DNA of 64,000 nucleotides from positions 1 to 64,000 of the IMG/VR virus record IMGVR_UViG_3300031977_002862; one strand, 5' to 3'. Shown piece by piece: positions 29,801 through 38,971 of the stretch. The first letter of the stretch is position 1; every line of letters begins with the position of its first letter. The translations under genes were made by a program, and so were the position numbers. The notes beneath the pieces are model-generated. The model worked only from the letters and a program-made list of their open reading frames with translations, ran no database searches and was not told the origin of the DNA. This DNA is from a virus.

Positions 29801-32800
29801 AGACGGAGAAGCTACAAGACTAAGAGGTATAGGAGCACCGAACAATCCACCCGCAGCAATTTCGTCCGGAGAGCCCGCCGGTCTTGTTTCAAGCCAGCCT
29901 AAAGCTACATAACTATCGGCAGGAGTAAAATCTACCCAAGTAGAGTTGTTATCGTACTGCCACTGGGTTCCATTCAAGCGAGCAAACGCAACGTCCATCG
30001 CTGTACTTACAACAGTGAACGGATTACCTTTAGCCGTATCAAATACTATAAAGCCTTTAGTGTCTGTTTGGCTTGTTGCAAAAGTAATAGGATCTAACGC
30101 ATTAAGTTGAACTGCGTCTACAGTTATTTTGGAACCATTCCAGATAATAAATCCATCTGTGTTTAGCTGAGGGCTTCCTTCATTATCGCACCCAACAAGA
30201 GCGCCTTCTCCGTCATTGGCAGTGCCGTCAGAGCGTTTATTTAGTAAAAGAGCTAATCCTTGGCTTGCGTTATAACTATTTAGCAGGTCTGCGTCTGCGG
30301 GTTGCGAGGTGATGTTCGATCCCCAAGTAGCTCCAGCAGTAGCACCGGCTTCAGCAACAGCATTTGTTATTTGAGTAGCATCAACTTGACCAGAACCACT
30401 TCCCGTATAGTTCAGAGTACCGTCAGAATTTATTTGAATGTCTTCATTAAATACGTTACCTGCTCCAGAACCTGTTAGAGCGACTCCTCCAATAGAAACT
30501 GTTCCTTTAAATCCTGCGCCTTCATCACTTGAATAAAAGAAAGGAGTTTGAATAATTCCATCGGTAAGGTCTATCGAAGAACCTGCCGAAGAAAAAGCAT
30601 CGGGACTTCCTGTACCGCTATAGTTATCAGATTCAATAGAGCCCGTCGTAATATTTCCACCGTCAATAACAGTTTGACCGCTCGTGGACAGATTTGTGAA
30701 GGTTACAAGATTTGTAAAGCTTGCTGCTTTTAATGCGGTGCCACCAAAAGTTAAAGTTTCACCACTATAGGTATCATTTCCAGAATTATATGTTCCGCTT
30801 TCAGATGCGGAAAATCCTATATACCAAAACTCTGCGTCCGGACTTCCACCTGTGTATGTTGGAGCATTATGGCTCCAATTAGAAAGAATTGTTCCGAATT
30901 CTCCTGTACCAAAATTCATCGTATTCGTGTCGGCACTTGTAGGAAGTGTAGTAGGTTGAGTGCTAGTTTTTACAGAGTAGAATAAATAGCCAGTTACAGT
31001 TCGAGTTCCTCGGGCACCCGTTGATCCCGTGTCTCCTTTACGAGAAATACTAAACCAAAACTGAATGGGATTGCCTGATGCAGTACTAAGATTTGAAGTG
31101 CCCCCTTCTTGATTAAAATTAAGCAGAGATACAGGAATCTTAATTTTATTGGTAGTCTCTTCTATTGGAGAACCTGTAACTAAAAAGTTTACCCAACGAT
31201 CTGAGGCTTCATACCAAGCAATTGTTGTTCCTGCTATAACTTGATTGAGCAGAAAGTCTTTATTGTCTGTTCCATTAGTTTCGCTTCTATGAAAGAGTAT
31301 ATAATCAATATCTCCCGGAGTAGTAATATCGCTCCAACTTGTAGTTCCTTTATCTGGAGAAGCTGAATTTAAAAGAAGTGCATATCTTCCCTGACCAGCC
31401 GCCTCGCCGGTAGTATCCAAATCGTCATAGTTTAAAACAGTAGAAGCTGATGGTAGAGAATTTTCGCCATCTATTGCAAGAAGAGAAGGAGTGCTCCACT
31501 CTCCCTGAGCTATTGTATCAGTAGAAGAAGTTGAAGCAGCAGTAGCCTGAGATACCCATAAATATCTTCCGGTACCTGTACTCTGTATATCATCCGTCCA
31601 GCCATTTGCAGTTGTAAAAGAAATAGCGCCGCCCAAAAAAGTATAGGTCGTGTTCCCTTCAGGTTTACCGCTATTTGATCCAGTACTTGGAGCAGTATCG
31701 GTAATAGTTCTTTGATATATAAATACTGAAGCAGTATTTAAACCATCTCCACCATCCTCTGCTAATTTAACCGGAGCTGACCACTCAGGAGAACCTATAT
31801 CGTCGGTGCTTCCGTTACCAGAAGCAGTTGCTGCTACAACATATAAAGGATCGGAGCCTCCGGTAGGTTCTTTTTGCCACCCATCATCTAAAGTAGTGGT
31901 GGTTATTTTTCCCGTACTTAGGTTTACTGTTACAGGCCCGGGATTATCTGAAGGAGCCGCTGCGCTTCTCTTATAAGCGTAGACGAGTGCATTTGAATTT
32001 CCGTCAGTTCTTACAGCATAAACCGAGCTTCCAGTCCAAGTAATAGAAGCCGAAGTACTAGTTCTGGAACCTACAGCAAGGCCAACTCCTACATAAGAAG
32101 TTTCCCCATTTGCCAAAGTAGGGGGTGTAGTACTCCAATTTGTAGGAGCTGTTAGAGTATTAGTAGTAAAATTATAAGAGCCTCCAGTAAGACCAGCATT
32201 TGAAGTTTTTCTAAATACATATACTTCGGCTACAGCGTCTGCTTCGATTTGAAACGGGCTACCCCAGTCATAGTTTGTAGCTCCTACAGCTTTCTCACCC
32301 GTGCTGGCCCAAAGAGTATAAGGAGAACCATCATCTAAAAGTGTATCGACTGCATTGGTTCTCCAGCCTACAGGTGTACCAGGAGTAGAGCTAGGAGTGT
32401 CTGGTTCACCGTCATTTCGCTTAAAGATTATATCTACACTAGCGCCTGTTTCTCCTGGAGATCCGTCTTCGCCCTCTACAGATTGAGCTAAAGATTGGAT
32501 TTTTGTTAAACTAAAAGAAGTTCCATTAGCTCTCTTTCCCTCTATAAGATAAGATACTGTAGCATTTGTAGCTGTCATATCATCATGAGGAGGGATAGTA
32601 GCGTAAGTACCCGAGTCAGTAACAGGGCTTCCTGGATCAATATTTACACCTGTAGAGGTTACTTTCCAAGTGCCATTTGAAGTTCCTACGCCGTCATAGG
32701 TAAGTTCTGTAGTACCTTCATAAACTCGAATAGTTGTTCCGGAGCCTGTATATGTAATCTGACTACCGCCTCCGGTGTTTGTAACCGGAAGAACATGGGA

Positions 32801-35800
32801 ATCATTAGGCAATATAATAGTAAGAGCATCGGTTCCGTTTGCTCCCACAGTACCTTCCTGAATACCATAAATCGAAACAGTATCAAAAGAGTAGACTCCT
32901 CCGTCAGGGGATCCTGCGTCACTTTCCGCTACTTGAAGAGTATATGAATGAACTTCGTTGGGCCCTGGTTCTCTTCTATCTGGAGATCCGGAATCAAAAT
33001 CAGGAATATCATAAGTATTTTGAGAACCCCAAGCCCTTACCTCGACCCCATCTTTTAAAAATCTATATATTGGAGAAGTATAGTTTGTGCCCGTTCCTGT
33101 AAGAGTAATAGTAGTTTCAGGGCTTTCATTACCATCAGCGTCGAATAAAATTACATATTTATTTGCTGTAAGAGTTGCGGTTTTTCCTTCTGCTCCATCA
33201 GCTCCATCAGTAGATAATAGACTTGCAGCAACCCAATCACCACTACCAATAGTTACAGTATCTGTTAAACTTTTTACATATTGCTGAACTATCCAAAGAT
33301 ATGCTCCTCCACTTGAAGGAATGCTGGTAGTCCAAGAATTAGATGGAGCAGGATCAAGTGCGCCTGTACTAAAAGTATAGGTTACTTGATTATCGGGGGA
33401 ACTAGGAGTGCTTCCAGAAGTAGTTCTACGATAAAGATTTATAAAAGCACTGTTAAACCTTCCAATAGTTGTTCCGGAAGCCTCAGTGCTATAATCGCTG
33501 TAGTAATCTCTTTGCTCCGAAGATCGAGTTGTTTGTACAGTTGTGCGAGTAAAGGCCCTTACCCAATAATAAAATGTTGTTCGAGTTTCTGGAAGAAGAA
33601 TATCGATGTAGCTTCTTTCTAGCGTGGAAGATTGATCAGCGATTTTAACGGCTGTATTTACATTATTTGAAGTACTTCTCCAAATCTCATATCCATTTGC
33701 CTTTGCAACATTATCCCAAGTTACTGTAATCTGGTTAGTTTCCTCATTCGAAGTACCGGTTCCTGTTGCTGCAACATTCGTAGGCGCAGAAGGACGGCGA
33801 ATAACCGCATCTACTTCAAGAGGTACATTGAAAGGGCTTGCTTTTGGAGCATCTATAAAATATATAGAGTCATCGTGCTCTGTAGCTACTACACTTACTA
33901 GACAATTTGTTTGATAAGTAAGGGATTGAATTCTGAAATACTTTCCGCTGTCCCAACCAAATCGAGGATATTTTACACGAATTAGTTCACCAGGACTCAA
34001 TGCTAAACCAACAGGTCGAACTGTAAAAGAAATCTGGCGAGAAAATCTTGAACGATTGAGGATCTGCTCAACAGCAAGTCGAGCATTGTAGTAGTTTGTA
34101 ATTCCTTCGAGCTTGAAAGATCCTGAACGAACAACTCCTCGATCTTGCTTCAAATAATCTGAGTTAAAGAAAGATACGTTTCGACTGTTAAAATTATTCT
34201 GAGGGTCGATAATGCTTGCAGATAAAGAATTATACGCTTTCGAAAGTCCGTCGTCTTTAATCGAAAGAGAACCAATAATATCTTCTTGCTCAATGACTCG
34301 AACACTTGAGCCTACAGAAATCCACTCAATATCAAAATCATCTGCAGACGAAAGACCCAAATCTAATCGAAGACCCGTAATATAGCTGTCTTCCCAATCT
34401 GTTCCACCAGCAGTTAGATTTGACATATCCCACGAAGCAATCACCCACTCATTTAAAACTGTGGGGTCAGAAATATCTTTTTGAAAAGAAGCCGATTCAC
34501 CGTGAGAGTCGGTAGTGTAATAAGCAGCACCATCCCAACCAGTCCCTCCAGTTCTACGTATTCTTGCACGAATAATTAAGTTTTCAGAACCTTTGAAAGA
34601 AAGATTTGATTTTCTAAATACAGGATCGGAGCCACTTGAGTCAAGAGTTATATACTCTTCTTCTTGTGTAATTGAAGCCTGGCCATTTACTGTCCAACCC
34701 TCTGAAGAGTTCTGGAAATTCCAGAAAAGTTCTCCGTCAGCATCTCTCTTTGTCTCTACTGAAAGAGTGAACTTGCCGTCCTCAAATGCAAGTATTCCAT
34801 TAAAGTGCTCAAGAATAACGCCAATAACATTAAAGACGGGCTGAGATGTATCAATTGATAAATTTCCCTGATGGCGAGTAACCCAACGCTGGTCGGGAGA
34901 GTCCCACCCAAGATACTTCCAATACTGTATAAAGTCGGAATCGTAGAGAGAATAATCTAAAACATTACCAGAGCCAGAGGCTACAGAAACACTTGTGCTG
35001 TCTCCGCCAACTTGAGTTAAGGTAAATGAAGAAATCTCAACAGCATTTGTACTTATAGTTGTTTGCAAACCACTGGTTGTATTAAATCTATAAAGACTTG
35101 ATCCAGCCTCCCAAATAATATCGTCTTGCAAGCGAGTACGGACTTTATTGAATTGATTTGTAAGTTTCCCAATACAGTCTGTAAAAGTAACTTTGAAACG
35201 ATCTGGAGAACCACTCAATGCATCTTCAATAGTTTTAATAGTTCCTTGCCACTTAAAACCACCAGTAGGCTCATACTTAAACTTATCCCCTACTGCAAGA
35301 GTATGTCCGACACTGTCTACTTGTATTTCGACTGTAATATCTGATCGAGTATCGCAAGTTCGGGCAGCTTGTAAAAAGCTATTAATATTTAACTTATCAT
35401 CAGAAAGACCCGCCCCATAACGCTTACTCTTCATATAATCTAAAAGAATAAGTCCAAAGTTTGTAGTGGGCCGAACGTCTCTTCCTTCTTCGTTTCCGTA
35501 TATTAGTACTTCATCTCCTGCTTCTGGAACTTCTCCATCGGCTAGATCAGTAGTAAGAGTTAGAATGCGAGTGGCTCCGTCGTAGTCTTTAATTACTTTA
35601 AGAGTTTCTATTATATTGCCATTAAAATCGGTTCTTCTGATTAAAACAGCTTTACCATTATAAGCATCATCAACAGAACTCGGGCTTCCAGTTGTAGAAA
35701 GTTTAATCTGATTCTTTATTGTTATATATGTAGTAGTAGAAGCATTTCCTGTTACAGTACTTATATTATTTGTAGGAGTATCATCAAGGACAGTGTTAGT

Positions 35801-38251
35801 TTGATCTACAGTTACAGTAGTTGAAGAGGTTACCGGGTTTTCTTGATATGTTGGACTCTTAGGGTTTGAACCATCAAAACCATTAGCAAGAGGAATTGTT
35901 CTTTCTGTATTTACCGAGGCTCTAGAACTTCCAGTAGAGCTTTGAGCATCTCTTACGTTGCTTGTACTTGTTGTAGCATTTATGTCAGCAGTACCACTAG
36001 AATTTATTGCAGAAATTTCATCTTGAAGTTTTGTTTCAATAGTAAAGGCTGCATTCCCTTCTGTAAAATCATATGTTGCCATGGTCCAAGTATTTGAACC
36101 ATCATCCATGTAGAATTTTTTAGCCTGCTGTAGAGAGATTTCTTGAGCCGCTGTTAAATCCCAACGAAATCTATAATTTGTATTTCCCTTCCCGTCCTGG
36201 TAAAACCACTTATCTATAATTTGAACATTTGAAGCAAGTGCAGTGTCATCAGAAGACTTTTTGATAGTTACTGTGTCGCCGAGAGAAAAATTAGTGTGGT
36301 TTTCACCACTTCCTACATGACCATAACTTCCGTCGTAGTTATAAGATTCTACAAGCTTTCCTTTTACTACGTAGTCTATATCTGGTACTGTAGTCTGGTC
36401 AGGTGTAATGGTGTGCTTAGAAACAGTATAAGCAGTATCAAGAAGTTTATGGTTTGCCCCCCAGTAATTAGTAGCTGGAGCAGATCCAAAATAATCATTC
36501 TGAAGTTTAAATTTTGTCCCGTTTGCAACACTAGATAAACGAGAAGATGCTTGTTGATCTTCTAAACCTGATTTAAACTCTATAACGGTGTCAGTAGGAC
36601 TTGTAAAATTAATTCCGTAATCATGTACAAGACCTTTTTGTCCTACAGGAACTCCGGAACTATATATTCCATTTACCAATCCATTGTAAACTTCATTTCT
36701 TTGTACGTAAACTCCAGAAGGAGCATTGAACACCCAAGAAACAAGCTCTTGTGCCGCTTGAGCATTTACTTCGGCCTCTGCTTCTATAGCTTCATAGTCC
36801 TCTACAGAAAGAGTTTGACTGCCGCTGTAAACCACTACGGAAGGGTCTACGGTATACTCTCCGAGAATTACGTCGCCTTTATCTGCTCTTCCATAACAAG
36901 CAATATCAACAGCATCGGAAGAGAAATTTGCTCCGGCAGAGTTTCTTACGTCAAAGTCTTGCTCAGAAATACAAACTAAGGGTTGGTCATCCACGTAAAC
37001 ATTCAGAATACTCTGAATCGGACCTTCAGCAAGACTTTCTGCAATATAAACTGTATCGGCGTCCGAGGTATTCTCTAAATCTGCAAAGATTGGATTTCCG
37101 CCTACACGACGAACTCCGTAAATAACAGGAATATAAGTAGCATTTAAATTAAACCTTAAATCAACTTCATTCTCTACCTCTACTTCATATTTCTTTAGCT
37201 TTTTAGTTCCGAGAAGTTTATTTCTCCATACTTCTTTATACCGTTCTTCTGTTGTAGTGTATATTGCAATTACGTTTACCGCATTATTTGCATGTTGAAA
37301 ACCCATATCGCTCGCATATTCAGGTCGAATAGTAGCATCTGGATTGGGGTTGCCATTTCTGTTTAGCGCTCTGTGGAAATCATCTGAACCTAATCGCCCT
37401 CGAACTTGTTGAAAGTCTCCCCAGTGGCTTCTACATACCCAAGAAAACTGTGCAATACCGTTTGGGTCCTCTTTATAATTTGCTGTAGCAATAATACCAC
37501 TGAAAAGAAGAACGGGAGATCCAATAAAAACATCGGGCTCGTCTTCATAGAAAAAAGCCTTATAGACAGATACCTGACGATTAACAAAGTTTGCAGCTTT
37601 TTGAGGAAGAGTAAGTGCAGTTAATTCAGTACTCGCTTGAAGAATATCATAACTTTCTCCTGTTTCTGTCCAGGTAGAGAAAGGAAAAGTCTCTTCTTCA
37701 ACTTTTACAGTTTTGCCCTCGTTTCGAAAAGAATGAATACGAAATCTCTGAAGGCTAAAGTCGGCTGTTGGAGAGCTTGCTGTAGTTGCTTTTAAACGAA
37801 TTAAGTCTCCTTCTACAAAACCAGCATCACTGAAGCTCTCATCCGCTGTAATTAAGTAATCCCCTCCAGAAGTTGAAAAAGTAAGAGATTGGTTGTAGAG
37901 AGCGGCATCAAGAGAATTTGCAGCTATATTAATAGTAAAGTTTGCTATCTTGTTTTCTGCAGAATCCTGAACAGAGGAGACACTAATTAGTTTATTGGCA
38001 TGATACGTCTGAGAACCGTTATTCAGTACAGAACCTGACTCTTCGTAAGTTGATTCATCGTTAAAATTAATCGCATAAGAAGCATCCGTTACATAAGCGT
38101 AACGAGTAAATTTTTGGCTGTATAAAACCTCTAGATTTGGTGCATTCCATTCTTTTAGTGGGCGCTCAAATTTTACAAGATGTGCATAAGTAAAAGGACG
38201 ATTCTCGTCAAGATGAAGTGCGAGAGTAGGATTTAAATCTAATTTTGCCAT
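23867..38251 (-). CDS. Giant tail-tip protein: baseplate hub (pb3-like) + FNIII/central fibre (pb4-like) + distal fibre with C-terminal intramolecular chaperone (peptidase S74-like)
   Basis: 4,794 aa directly downstream of Dit; IPVIYGVRRVGG and AEGPIQSI..VYVDD hub motifs; PSAPTNVAA..VTWD...YEIWRS...YYWVRA FNIII; C-terminal ASDARLKTNIKPI...GVIAQEV...LIEAIKE. Confidence 0.85.
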   Translation of the reverse strand: MAKLDLNPTLALHLDENRPFTYAHLVKFERPLKEWNAPNLEVLYSQKFTRYAYVTDASYAINFNDESTYEESGSVLNNGSQTYHANKLISVSSVQDSAENKIANFTINIAANSLDAALYNQSLTFSTSGGDYLITADESFSDAGFVEGDLIRLKATTASSPTADFSLQRFRIHSFRNEGKTVKVEEETFPFSTWTETGESYDILQASTELTALTLPQKAANFVNRQVSVYKAFFYEDEPDVFIGSPVLLFSGIIATANYKEDPNGIAQFSWVCRSHWGDFQQVRGRLGSDDFHRALNRNGNPNPDATIRPEYASDMGFQHANNAVNVIAIYTTTEERYKEVWRNKLLGTKKLKKYEVEVENEVDLRFNLNATYIPVIYGVRRVGGNPIFADLENTSDADTVYIAESLAEGPIQSILNVYVDDQPLVCISEQDFDVRNSAGANFSSDAVDIACYGRADKGDVILGEYTVDPSVVVYSGSQTLSVEDYEAIEAEAEVNAQAAQELVSWVFNAPSGVYVQRNEVYNGLVNGIYSSGVPVGQKGLVHDYGINFTSPTDTVIEFKSGLEDQQASSRLSSVANGTKFKLQNDYFGSAPATNYWGANHKLLDTAYTVSKHTITPDQTTVPDIDYVVKGKLVESYNYDGSYGHVGSGENHTNFSLGDTVTIKKSSDDTALASNVQIIDKWFYQDGKGNTNYRFRWDLTAAQEISLQQAKKFYMDDGSNTWTMATYDFTEGNAAFTIETKLQDEISAINSSGTADINATTSTSNVRDAQSSTGSSRASVNTERTIPLANGFDGSNPKSPTYQENPVTSSTTVTVDQTNTVLDDTPTNNISTVTGNASTTTYITIKNQIKLSTTGSPSSVDDAYNGKAVLIRRTDFNGNIIETLKVIKDYDGATRILTLTTDLADGEVPEAGDEVLIYGNEEGRDVRPTTNFGLILLDYMKSKRYGAGLSDDKLNINSFLQAARTCDTRSDITVEIQVDSVGHTLAVGDKFKYEPTGGFKWQGTIKTIEDALSGSPDRFKVTFTDCIGKLTNQFNKVRTRLQDDIIWEAGSSLYRFNTTSGLQTTISTNAVEISSFTLTQVGGDSTSVSVASGSGNVLDYSLYDSDFIQYWKYLGWDSPDQRWVTRHQGNLSIDTSQPVFNVIGVILEHFNGILAFEDGKFTLSVETKRDADGELFWNFQNSSEGWTVNGQASITQEEEYITLDSSGSDPVFRKSNLSFKGSENLIIRARIRRTGGTGWDGAAYYTTDSHGESASFQKDISDPTVLNEWVIASWDMSNLTAGGTDWEDSYITGLRLDLGLSSADDFDIEWISVGSSVRVIEQEDIIGSLSIKDDGLSKAYNSLSASIIDPQNNFNSRNVSFFNSDYLKQDRGVVRSGSFKLEGITNYYNARLAVEQILNRSRFSRQISFTVRPVGLALSPGELIRVKYPRFGWDSGKYFRIQSLTYQTNCLVSVVATEHDDSIYFIDAPKASPFNVPLEVDAVIRRPSAPTNVAATGTGTSNEETNQITVTWDNVAKANGYEIWRSTSNNVNTAVKIADQSSTLERSYIDILLPETRTTFYYWVRAFTRTTVQTTRSSEQRDYYSDYSTEASGTTIGRFNSAFINLYRRTTSGSTPSSPDNQVTYTFSTGALDPAPSNSWTTSIPSSGGAYLWIVQQYVKSLTDTVTIGSGDWVAASLLSTDGADGAEGKTATLTANKYVILFDADGNESPETTITLTGTGTNYTSPIYRFLKDGVEVRAWGSQNTYDIPDFDSGSPDRREPGPNEVHSYTLQVAESDAGSPDGGVYSFDTVSIYGIQEGTVGANGTDALTIILPNDSHVLPVTNTGGGSQITYTGSGTTIRVYEGTTELTYDGVGTSNGTWKVTSTGVNIDPGSPVTDSGTYATIPPHDDMTATNATVSYLIEGKRANGTSFSLTKIQSLAQSVEGEDGSPGETGASVDIIFKRNDGEPDTPSSTPGTPVGWRTNAVDTLLDDGSPYTLWASTGEKAVGATNYDWGSPFQIEADAVAEVYVFRKTSNAGLTGGSYNFTTNTLTAPTNWSTTPPTLANGETSYVGVGLAVGSRTSTSASITWTGSSVYAVRTDGNSNALVYAYKRSAAAPSDNPGPVTVNLSTGKITTTTLDDGWQKEPTGGSDPLYVVAATASGNGSTDDIGSPEWSAPVKLAEDGGDGLNTASVFIYQRTITDTAPSTGSNSGKPEGNTTYTFLGGAISFTTANGWTDDIQSTGTGRYLWVSQATAASTSSTDTIAQGEWSTPSLLAIDGENSLPSASTVLNYDDLDTTGEAAGQGRYALLLNSASPDKGTTSWSDITTPGDIDYILFHRSETNGTDNKDFLLNQVIAGTTIAWYEASDRWVNFLVTGSPIEETTNKIKIPVSLLNFNQEGGTSNLSTASGNPIQFWFSISRKGDTGSTGARGTRTVTGYLFYSVKTSTQPTTLPTSADTNTMNFGTGEFGTILSNWSHNAPTYTGGSPDAEFWYIGFSASESGTYNSGNDTYSGETLTFGGTALKAASFTNLVTFTNLSTSGQTVIDGGNITTGSIESDNYSGTGSPDAFSSAGSSIDLTDGIIQTPFFYSSDEGAGFKGTVSIGGVALTGSGAGNVFNEDIQINSDGTLNYTGSGSGQVDATQITNAVAEAGATAGATWGSNITSQPADADLLNSYNASQGLALLLNKRSDGTANDGEGALVGCDNEGSPQLNTDGFIIWNGSKITVDAVQLNALDPITFATSQTDTKGFIVFDTAKGNPFTVVSTAMDVAFARLNGTQWQYDNNSTWVDFTPADSYVALGWLETRPAGSPDEIAAGGLFGAPIPLSLVASPSATVGATAGVDLKDEGGETIQSTAIVVDRLRDNFEQYADSADFLTYWTSHTAAGEITFSSTSYSGGTSLSIGNNSGNDERWLISKQLIPFDPSRIYRVRVVARQTAGSGAAYFGFGGFAADKTTLVNIDGTNTHSSQHYFAAVGVDIPDAWTLYEGYFSGHGASAGGYNSRTFLDPAVAHPNVRYIAPLILVQYNGAAGTTLVDNIVIEEVQAASAIPGYWRVRRSANSPDDLDAPSNSEVFAVAGRNPIDGDIVLVYDGSSPPKVAEWSYDGSAWSFGNTLRINSSLIVDGSITGRAVASDTTITAGTGATSASLSGVGDYRFYTGSTPTSGTFSVKSDGLVNARNLVLRSSEGTVYFDSNDGGFSFPALTEIAQVSQTKVETYAENHNTAGQYATISTAVDNSNVTVRVRVKAFAGFSAIGYSYNGDSAASTLAKIPTSLTITFDVDDDTSFNGSTIVSIAAGGNGTVSGDSYTRTFTRITSGTPTSTQYKVVQTEDTEIIDLGYEGGEQLFVTLTTYTANVEFGGSSCIDASGYITLDTATDTVTLAAADDTYYFRTALSYAGTGVATENQWSGTTAREIAITDATTDGGFVPGGSGGSQTVGAADITGVAITTNNGITGGATVTSGDASFTLGLGAITPTSVTTPSLILEGTATPEITFNGTSDSSVDFAIKATPEALDFYEPEDTNKLHMRITDDSGVNAVFGLRTGSGDGTERIDASGNIILEKTGTATVSETSYSSQTLEFRASGWDTNNAVAKDVNWKIRNIPTASVYPDHDLTFIESDQGSEWTTFVLHGRGSNSWTDPLAASFYGNVNINVHPGSPDRGAGAGNLTVANTVTWDGGSSTNANTAYTYSQVGHLPLAGGTLTGPLAVDANNTTAANFNSGTTNVVAIFESEDSDAWLDLRDSNSGTYGALLGHDSTNLFKIADSGVTVRFSVSNTGTVNASAFVGTLYSSTIYMGTSSPDNNDSITYNDTALFNTGGYYYFQADSYAAGIIAGQLFIGNDSTSGTGQASQNGLIRLGEGGSEGSPNAAAGLEFVSANVNNGYGWRIFNPDNGSGDVPLIIQRRVNAAAWSTHATFEPGGSTGFGVVTWTGGSSTNANTAYTYSQVGHLPLTGGTLTGSLTVGSTTDSATIVFPDKNVADSPTVSGDKRKLISMGNSGNGGLWQTTGRGGLMLASADDTLILASGDIGRNYDPDAGGWNPDADSEEIYLLTDGGVRFRTGLQNTSTYKEFVFDGSGNTTIPGSFVVNGTTRIASSGEFYPASLQSTDKISVLDGSSAQGIRVESLYAGTSYASDGSAAGYVDVLNGYRVGGSTVIDSSRNINLISTGATSPIINFSNNDAGIDFAIRSNSDALDFYEPEDSDKLQMRITDDIGVNAVFGLRTGSGNGTLRIDASGNATLGTISATSLDLTTNALSLNSANVRLKTQKTINLTAFSTSNFYPVVLTNPGNVTSTHHFVISQNSQSGNDPYNNNMIVGWARGQGWSDMTLAYDFHYNAYQDNERTILGMYRGTASSNVIIFYLRGGETYYFHTESDATVYTSGYNSGTSSTSLTVAMVKDANGNDITGQSDASQQLNRVADILGGGQGYYRSHSYLNHPLTMKGNSSVDSGSFTLNGGSGVGALIMNYQASSTNYRGLVDWRTLHLGNNGENNILAGNTSANGFLRFWVNATSDSISGGTSGTNSLTLNANGTSTFTDKVIITNSTYGSHIDLIRDSDTINLSPSAGQLLVSGGFSPSVSNSIDLGRTDKYWQDLWLGTSLKMGGTTVIDSSRNITGVTGYFYKAGTSNTQTTVLTLGSNSTRPVLQFSESTATGLTSGMSIEYNGFATGVSNYIAVNNVAGSVVFRVYSGGDIQTTGNITAYASDARLKTNIKPIESALEKVQLLRGVEFDWRDDVEEKGFNPSVRHETGVIAQEVQEVIPDAVVPAPFDDNYLTVQHQKIIPVLIEAIKEQQEQIEELKAIIKEKLNGNN
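25592..25725 (-). repeat. Fibre direct repeat A' (partner at 27629-27762)
   Basis: Near-identical DNA incl. GCCAGACCCAGTTCGTAATCCGAATACCGCGTTGAC; encodes LDFYEPED..KL.MRITDD.GVNAVFGLRTGSG.GT.RIDASGN. Confidence 0.9.
26447..26491 (-). repeat. Fibre direct repeat B' (identical 45-bp partner at 27209-27253)
   Basis: GAGTGGAAGATGTCCTACTTGAGAATAAGTGTAGGCTGTGTTTGC occurs twice; encodes ANTAYTYSQVGHLPL. Confidence 0.92.
27209..27253 (-). repeat. Fibre direct repeat B
   Basis: Identical to 26447-26491. Confidence 0.92.
27629..27762 (-). repeat. Fibre direct repeat A
   Basis: Near-identical to 25592-25725. Confidence 0.9.
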
Positions 38252-38971
38252 TTAGGGTAGAGCCTCTTCTAAAGATAAACTGAACTGAAAAAGATTGTTC
38301 GTTCCAAGGGAGTATTCTTGAGTATCACCTTTTGGTATTACTCGAATTTTTGGTGCAGAAAAATTAACAGTAGCATTGTCCGCAACTGAATAAACAAGAG
38401 AAGGATTAAAATGAATAATTCTTTGATCCTCCGCGGGTTGAGTAGTTTCAAAATCTCCGTTAGTCTCAACACGAGTAACCATATATGCTTTTACATGGTT
38501 TGAGTTTGCTGAGTCTGTAATAGTAAATATGTCTCCTGGTTTTGGACTTCCACTTGCTCCAGTAAGGCCATCGATAGTCATTTTTGTAGCCCCAGAGTTT
38601 GTAGCACCGTTTACAGAGATTGTATTTGGAACCGCTAAATAAGTTGAAAATGTGGAGTCTTGTGTATCCTCATACTGGGGAAGAACTACGAAAAAAGGAT
38701 TGAGTCTTCCCTGTCTCGACAAAAGAAAAGTATTAACTGGCTCGAACTCTGCTCGTGTAAGTGGATTATAAGAAATATCAAGAGACCAATGCTGCTTTGC
38801 CTGAGAACGAGTAACTACTCGTCCGCCGTTTGTTCGGGACATCATCGTAGGCTGATTCGAAGTAAATTTTACAGAAGCAAAACCAGGACCGGCAGTACCA
38901 GTACTATTATTCTGCTTTCCTGAAGGAAGAATCTTTCGATCAGGATCTGGTAATATATTCATAAAAGCCAT
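38252..38971 (-). CDS. Distal tail protein (Dit, T5 pb9-like)
   Basis: LPDP...GPGFASVKF, WSLDISYNPLTR.EF; between tape measure and tail tip. Confidence 0.85.
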   Translation of the reverse strand: MAFMNILPDPDRKILPSGKQNNSTGTAGPGFASVKFTSNQPTMMSRTNGGRVVTRSQAKQHWSLDISYNPLTRAEFEPVNTFLLSRQGRLNPFFVVLPQYEDTQDSTFSTYLAVPNTISVNGATNSGATKMTIDGLTGASGSPKPGDIFTITDSANSNHVKAYMVTRVETNGDFETTQPAEDQRIIHFNPSLVYSVADNATVNFSAPKIRVIPKGDTQEYSLGTNNLFQFSLSLEEALP

